From positions 32,001-96,000 of the forward strand of contig CAXXVK010000067.1 of the NCBI GenBank assembly GCA_963676915.2: a DNA stretch of 64,000 nt, written 5' to 3'. A program made the translations under genes and the position numbers. The DNA is from Myxococcota bacterium. GTDB lineage: Bacteria > Myxococcota_A > SURF-8 > G963663525. The notes beneath the pieces are model-generated. The model was not told where the DNA came from, did not search any database, and saw only the letters and a list, made by a program, of their open reading frames with translations. Positions within the stretch are counted from its first letter, which is position 1. Each line of letters opens with the position of its first letter. This document shows, piece by piece, positions 59,602 through 64,000 of the stretch.

Positions 59602-61287
59602 TTACTCGCAGGGAAGGACTTCCTCCCGGATGCAGAGGTTGGGGGTGCCGTCGCAGTCTTCGTCTTCTTCGATGGTCTGGAGGTTACCCTCGTTGTCGTA
59701 CGTATAGGTTTTGCATTCGATCCAGTTTGCCTGGCCGGTGGGGTCGCTACGGGAGGATAGCGGTCGTCCGGTATCGTCACGGATTTCCTCGTAAGTATCG
59801 GGAGTTCCGTTGCAATCTTCGTCACAGGAAATCAGTTCTGCCGTTCCGTCTTCATTGACGTAAAATGTACCGCATTTTTCATCTTGAATGAAATTAACTT
59901 CACATTCTTCCTCGCTTAAGCCTTCGCAGTCTGTGTCGAGTCCCAATGTAAGGATCGTTCCATCTTCAGAGTACTGGTAAACGAAAAATACACCATAATT
60001 ACTGAATATTAATGGGCAATATGGCCCGTAAGCTTGTTCATTATAGAAGCTTGCATACAGACACGAGGAAATACCTAAACTGCAATCATTATTACCATGG
60101 CGTTTTGTAATAGTTAAGTCGTAATAAATTCGCAAAGATTTTGAAACTCCAGCAAAACAATAATCGGAATTGCCAAAGATGTATGGAAAATCAGTGTATC
60201 CATAGCTCTCACATTCGATTACCGTGCCGTCACAAAGCCTATCATTTTCCATTTGAATTATTCTGCCATTGCTGTCGTATTCATATGTGTAGCAGTATTC
60301 CCAATCGAAACCGTCACAATCTTGATCTAGCCGCTGACGAATTTTATTGCCAGATGTATTATATTCATATGCATAGCAATCTGTAGCCTCTTTGCATCCA
60401 CTGCTCTTTGTTAACACGTTGCCTTGGCCGTCATAAGTATATACTGTGGCATAATCGCATTTTCCATTGCAATCGGTGTCCTGAATAAATGCTCGTTTGT
60501 TGTTTAATGCGTCGTATTCCTGCCAATGACAATTGCTATCGGGGCTTCCATTGCAATCTTCGTCTTTGTAGCCATACAATGTATTTCTATCGTCATCGAA
60601 AACTCTATAGAGGCAATCCGTATCGTGGACTTCGCCGGTGTTCCATGGTTCGGAGGCGCAGTTCCTTTGTTCCTTGGGGTAACCATTTTCGTCGTAAAGC
60701 GTAATCTGGCATTCGTTGGTTTTCCCATCGCAATTGGTGTCAGAAGCGGTTAAAATTTGCCTGCCTTGTTCGTCGAAAGCCGCATGAGTGCATTTAATGG
60801 TACTTCCATTGCAGTCGGGATCTTCGTGGGTGTAAATCACGTTACCGGCGGCATCGTATTCCTTGACTTCACACTGGCTGCGAGTCGTATTGTTGCACTG
60901 AGCATCCTGGTAGCGTAGAACCCGTCGGGCACACACGCCTTCCGGTTGGGGCGATGGTGTGAAAATGGGGATTCCAATCTCCGACCAATCCCATTCCTGT
61001 TCTTGGTCGTTATCTCCATCTACTTGTTGAGATTCATCACTATCGGTAGGGTCTTCATCTCCTACAGTTTGCTGGGAGCCATCGCTGTCGGTATCCCCAT
61101 CCTGTGCGGTAGAGTCACTGTCCGCTGTGTAAAAAACACAGGTTCCGTTTTCGCAGATTCTTCCTTCACGACAATCGGTGTCTTTGGAGCATCCCGATCC
61201 ATCGGCGTCTTCGTCAGAGCACCCGATGAAAACGACAAAGAGCAGAAAGAGAACAAACAGAGTTGGTTTCCAGGACACATACTGCAT
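59602..61287 (-). CDS. Lipoprotein with Cys module, acidic linker and YD-like/DxDCxG repeats
   Basis: RBS GAAGGA; lipobox FIGC; CSKDTDCREGRIC; repeated Y-x-Y-D-x-x-G-N ... D-x-D-C-[ND]-G. Confidence 0.8.
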   Translation of the reverse strand: MQYVSWKPTLFVLFLLFVVFIGCSDEDADGSGCSKDTDCREGRICENGTCVFYTADSDSTAQDGDTDSDGSQQTVGDEDPTDSDESQQVDGDNDQEQEWDWSEIGIPIFTPSPQPEGVCARRVLRYQDAQCNNTTRSQCEVKEYDAAGNVIYTHEDPDCNGSTIKCTHAAFDEQGRQILTASDTNCDGKTNECQITLYDENGYPKEQRNCASEPWNTGEVHDTDCLYRVFDDDRNTLYGYKDEDCNGSPDSNCHWQEYDALNNKRAFIQDTDCNGKCDYATVYTYDGQGNVLTKSSGCKEATDCYAYEYNTSGNKIRQRLDQDCDGFDWEYCYTYEYDSNGRIIQMENDRLCDGTVIECESYGYTDFPYIFGNSDYCFAGVSKSLRIYYDLTITKRHGNNDCSLGISSCLYASFYNEQAYGPYCPLIFSNYGVFFVYQYSEDGTILTLGLDTDCEGLSEEECEVNFIQDEKCGTFYVNEDGTAELISCDEDCNGTPDTYEEIRDDTGRPLSSRSDPTGQANWIECKTYTYDNEGNLQTIEEDEDCDGTPNLCIREEVLPCE

Positions 61288-61463
61288 GGGGTTTCCTTCT
61301 CTATGTTGATGAAAACGGACAAAAACGGAGCAACGACAACAAGATGCGGATAGAGAAAGTGCGTTCGATTTGTTGTGTAACTCTCTTTTGAGGATTAAAT
61401 CCTAATACATAGAGAAGATGTATACAACGTAAAGTTGAAGGAAATATTCTCTTTTGGCAGGAG

Positions 61464-61522
61464 TTTTCACGAAAAAACCGGAGCTAAAAAGCTCCGGTTC
61501 GGAATGGAAACAAACGGGTTTG
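61464..61522 (-). terminator. dnaK terminator; 59-bp direct repeat copy 2
   Basis: Perfect stem AACCGGAGCT/AGCTCCGGTT followed by a T run on the minus strand; the repeat begins 8 bp after the dnaK stop. Confidence 0.88.
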
Positions 61523-61530
61523 GAGAACGT

Positions 61531-63363
61531 TTACTCCATGCCTTCTTCGGCCGCCTTGGAGGCTTCTTCGTACATGATGTCGGCGATCTTGTGGGAAGCG
61601 TTGGTCAACTCGATGAAACATTGTTTTGTTTCCTCGATGTCGCTTCCTTGAAGGGCTTTTTTCAGTGCGGCGATACCGATGTTGATGTCCTGCTTGTCGG
61701 ATTCGGGAATCAGGTCCGAATATTCCTGCAAAGCGCGCCCGGTGGTGTACAGCAGGGTGTCCGCTTCGTTGCGTAACTCGGCGACCGACCGCTTGTAGGC
61801 GTCGTCCTCGCGGGAGGCTTCAGCGCTCATGATGATGTCTTCGATGGCATCTTCGCTCAGACCGCTCGACGGTGTGACGCGCACTTCCTGGGCACGACCG
61901 GTGCCGAGGTCGCGGGCGGAAACGCTCAGGATGCCGTTGGCGTCGATCGCGAAGGTTACTTCGATTTGCGGTACGCCACGTGGTGCGGGCGGAATACCGA
62001 GCAACTCGAAGCGGGCCAGAGATTTGTTGTCCGAGGCCATTTCGCGTTCACCCTGAAGGACGTGCACCGAGACCGCCGGTTGGTTGTCCATCGCGGTCGA
62101 GAACACCTGGCTTCGTGTGACAGGAACCGTGGTGTTGCGTTCGATCAACTTGGTGAACACGCCACCCAACGTTTCGATACCGAGAGACAACGGGCAGACG
62201 TCGAGCAGCAACACGTCCTGCATGTCTCCGGAAAGCACGCTTCCCTGAATCGCGGCGCCGATGGCGACCACTTCGTCCGGGTTGACGCCCTTGAACGGTG
62301 CTTTACCGAAGAATTCCTCGACCGTGGCCTGGATCTTCGGGATGCGGGTCATACCGCCGACGAGGATTACGTTGCTGATATCGGTTTTCTGTACTCCGGC
62401 ATCTTGCAGCGCCATGCGGCAGGGTTCGATCGTCGCTTCGATCAGATCCCCCACCAACTCCTCGAATTTTCCCCGGGAAAGTTTGGCGTTGAAGTGCTTC
62501 GGACCGGTGGCGTCGGCGGAAATGAACGGCAGGTTGATGTCGGTTTCCAAGGTGCTGGACAACTCGATCTTGGCTTTTTCGGAGGCTTCTTTGAGTCTCT
62601 GAAGGGCCATGCGATCTTCCCGCAGGTCGATGTCGTGCTCTTCCTGGAACTGGTCGGCCATCCAATCGATGATGCGCTTGTCGAAGTCTTCGCCACCGAG
62701 GAAGGTATCGCCGTTGGTGCTGTTGACGTGGAACACGCCGTCACCGATTTCCAGGATGGAGATATCAAAGGTGCCGCCGCCCAAGTCGTAGACCGCGATC
62801 CGTTCGTTTTTCTCTTTATCCAGACCGTAGGCCAGGGCTGCCGCCGTAGGTTCGTTGATAATCCGCAGGACGTTCAACCCGGCGATTTTCCCGGCGTCTT
62901 TCGTCGCCTGGCGCTGGGAGTCGTCGAAGTATGCAGGCGTCGTGATCACGGCGTCTGTGACTTCCTCGCCAAGGTAATCTTCCGCCGTCTGCTTCATTTT
63001 TTGCAGAATCATGGCGGAAACCTCGGGCGGCGAAAGCTTTTTGCCTTGAACCTCGACCCAGGCGTCCTGATTGTCGGCGGGAACGATGCGGTACGATGAG
63101 GTTTCCAAAGCTTTTTGGATTTCATCGGAGCCGAATTTCCGGCCAATCAACCGTTTCACGGAATAAATGGTGCTTTCGGGATTCGTCACGGCTTGCCGTT
63201 TGGCAACCTGCCCCACCATGCGTTCCCCACTATCTTGGAAAGCCACGATGGATGGTGTCGTCCGCGCTCCTTCGGAGTTGGGAACGACAACCGCATCCGT
63301 GCCCTCGAAGATCGCCACACAGGAGTTGGTCGTACCGAGATCGATTCCAATTATCTTGGACAT
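61531..63363 (-). CDS. dnaK: Chaperone DnaK (Hsp70)
   Basis: [42 protein letters not shown]. Confidence 0.98.
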   Translation of the reverse strand: MSKIIGIDLGTTNSCVAIFEGTDAVVVPNSEGARTTPSIVAFQDSGERMVGQVAKRQAVTNPESTIYSVKRLIGRKFGSDEIQKALETSSYRIVPADNQDAWVEVQGKKLSPPEVSAMILQKMKQTAEDYLGEEVTDAVITTPAYFDDSQRQATKDAGKIAGLNVLRIINEPTAAALAYGLDKEKNERIAVYDLGGGTFDISILEIGDGVFHVNSTNGDTFLGGEDFDKRIIDWMADQFQEEHDIDLREDRMALQRLKEASEKAKIELSSTLETDINLPFISADATGPKHFNAKLSRGKFEELVGDLIEATIEPCRMALQDAGVQKTDISNVILVGGMTRIPKIQATVEEFFGKAPFKGVNPDEVVAIGAAIQGSVLSGDMQDVLLLDVCPLSLGIETLGGVFTKLIERNTTVPVTRSQVFSTAMDNQPAVSVHVLQGEREMASDNKSLARFELLGIPPAPRGVPQIEVTFAIDANGILSVSARDLGTGRAQEVRVTPSSGLSEDAIEDIIMSAEASREDDAYKRSVAELRNEADTLLYTTGRALQEYSDLIPESDKQDINIGIAALKKALQGSDIEETKQCFIELTNASHKIADIMYEEASKAAEEGME

Positions 63364-63525
63364 GTTATGCCCCCCTTTATCGATTTACCGATTGAGTTCG
63401 ATCGCTCAATGGTTTCTGCTGTTCTTTTTGAAACAAACTAGTAACATATAGAATCATTTTACCATAATCCTAGTTGAAAATCGTACCCAAGTAAAAAAAA
63501 TAATCGTTTTTTTTACTTAAAACCG

Positions 63526-64000
63526 TCATTCATTCTTGTCTGCTTCTGACATGTTTTCCGTTGAGTTCTCCTGGCTTCCATGAATATCGCTATCGTCCGT
63601 TTCCCGATCTTCTTCAGTTTCGGGCGTTTTTTCCGGGGCGGTCCTTTTCGAAACGATGACCAACGAGGGCCGCAACAGCTTGCTGTCGATCATATATCCT
63701 TTTTGAAAGACTTCAAGCACGGTGTTGGATGGGACATCGTTGTTAACGTAGACATCCATCGCTTCGTGCACGTTCGGATCGAAGGGAAGGTTCAGGGCTT
63801 CGACCGGAACGACGTTTCGGTTTTTAAGAATTTCGTTGAACTGGTTGAGAATCAACCGAAGCCCTTGCACGATACTGTCTTTTTCACCTTCTTCTTTTTC
63901 AGCGTTGAATAAGGCTCGCTCGAGATTATCGAGTACCGGCAAAAACTGTTTGAGTAAATTGTTGTGGAATTCGTCGAGCGCACGTTTTTTGTCGGTTTCG
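63526..64000 (-). CDS. grpE: Nucleotide exchange factor GrpE (5' end outside the window)
   Basis: LPVLDNLERA, FDPNVHEA, FQKGY...LLRPSLV.V; directly upstream of dnaK. Confidence 0.95.
   Translation of the reverse strand, partial: ETDKKRALDEFHNNLLKQFLPVLDNLERALFNAEKEEGEKDSIVQGLRLILNQFNEILKNRNVVPVEALNLPFDPNVHEAMDVYVNNDVPSNTVLEVFQKGYMIDSKLLRPSLVIVSKRTAPEKTPETEEDRETDDSDIHGSQENSTENMSEADKNE

Noticed and set aside
61966-63099. 377-aa ORF antisense to dnaK
   Set aside because: Long antisense ORFs opposite dnaK are a well-known codon-bias artefact

Overview
A 64-kb chromosomal window from a moderately GC-rich bacterium. Gene content (Cys-rich acidic lipoproteins, PEGA Ser/Thr kinase, DUF4175, a stand-alone sigma-region-4 protein) suggests a Myxococcota/deltaproteobacterial lineage; this is inference. 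Housekeeping genes (ROK kinase, xseA, ssb, nagZ, rodA, hpt, cstA, pssA, namZ, moxR-DUF58-BatA, dnaK, partial grpE) are interleaved with accessory surface and lipoprotein genes. I found no rRNA, tRNA, CRISPR array, transposase or integrase. Highlights: (1) a ~1319-aa enzyme fusing a GlcD/D2HGDH/PdxR-type FAD hydroxy-acid dehydrogenase to two SerC-like domains that appear to have split the cis and trans active-site residues between them; (2) an orphan His-Xaa-Ser repeat peptide with 16 HxS triplets and no HxsB/C maturases nearby; (3) a 200-bp MITE with 22-bp terminal inverted repeats and an 11-bp target duplication that carries a GTAG-REP doublet; (4) a mosaic YD-like lipoprotein gene bracketed by a 59-bp duplication of the dnaK terminator; (5) an unassigned ~260-nt structured leader upstream of a nitroreductase. 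All family assignments come from reading motifs by eye, not from database searches. Many start codons were moved from the ORF track to RBS-supported positions.
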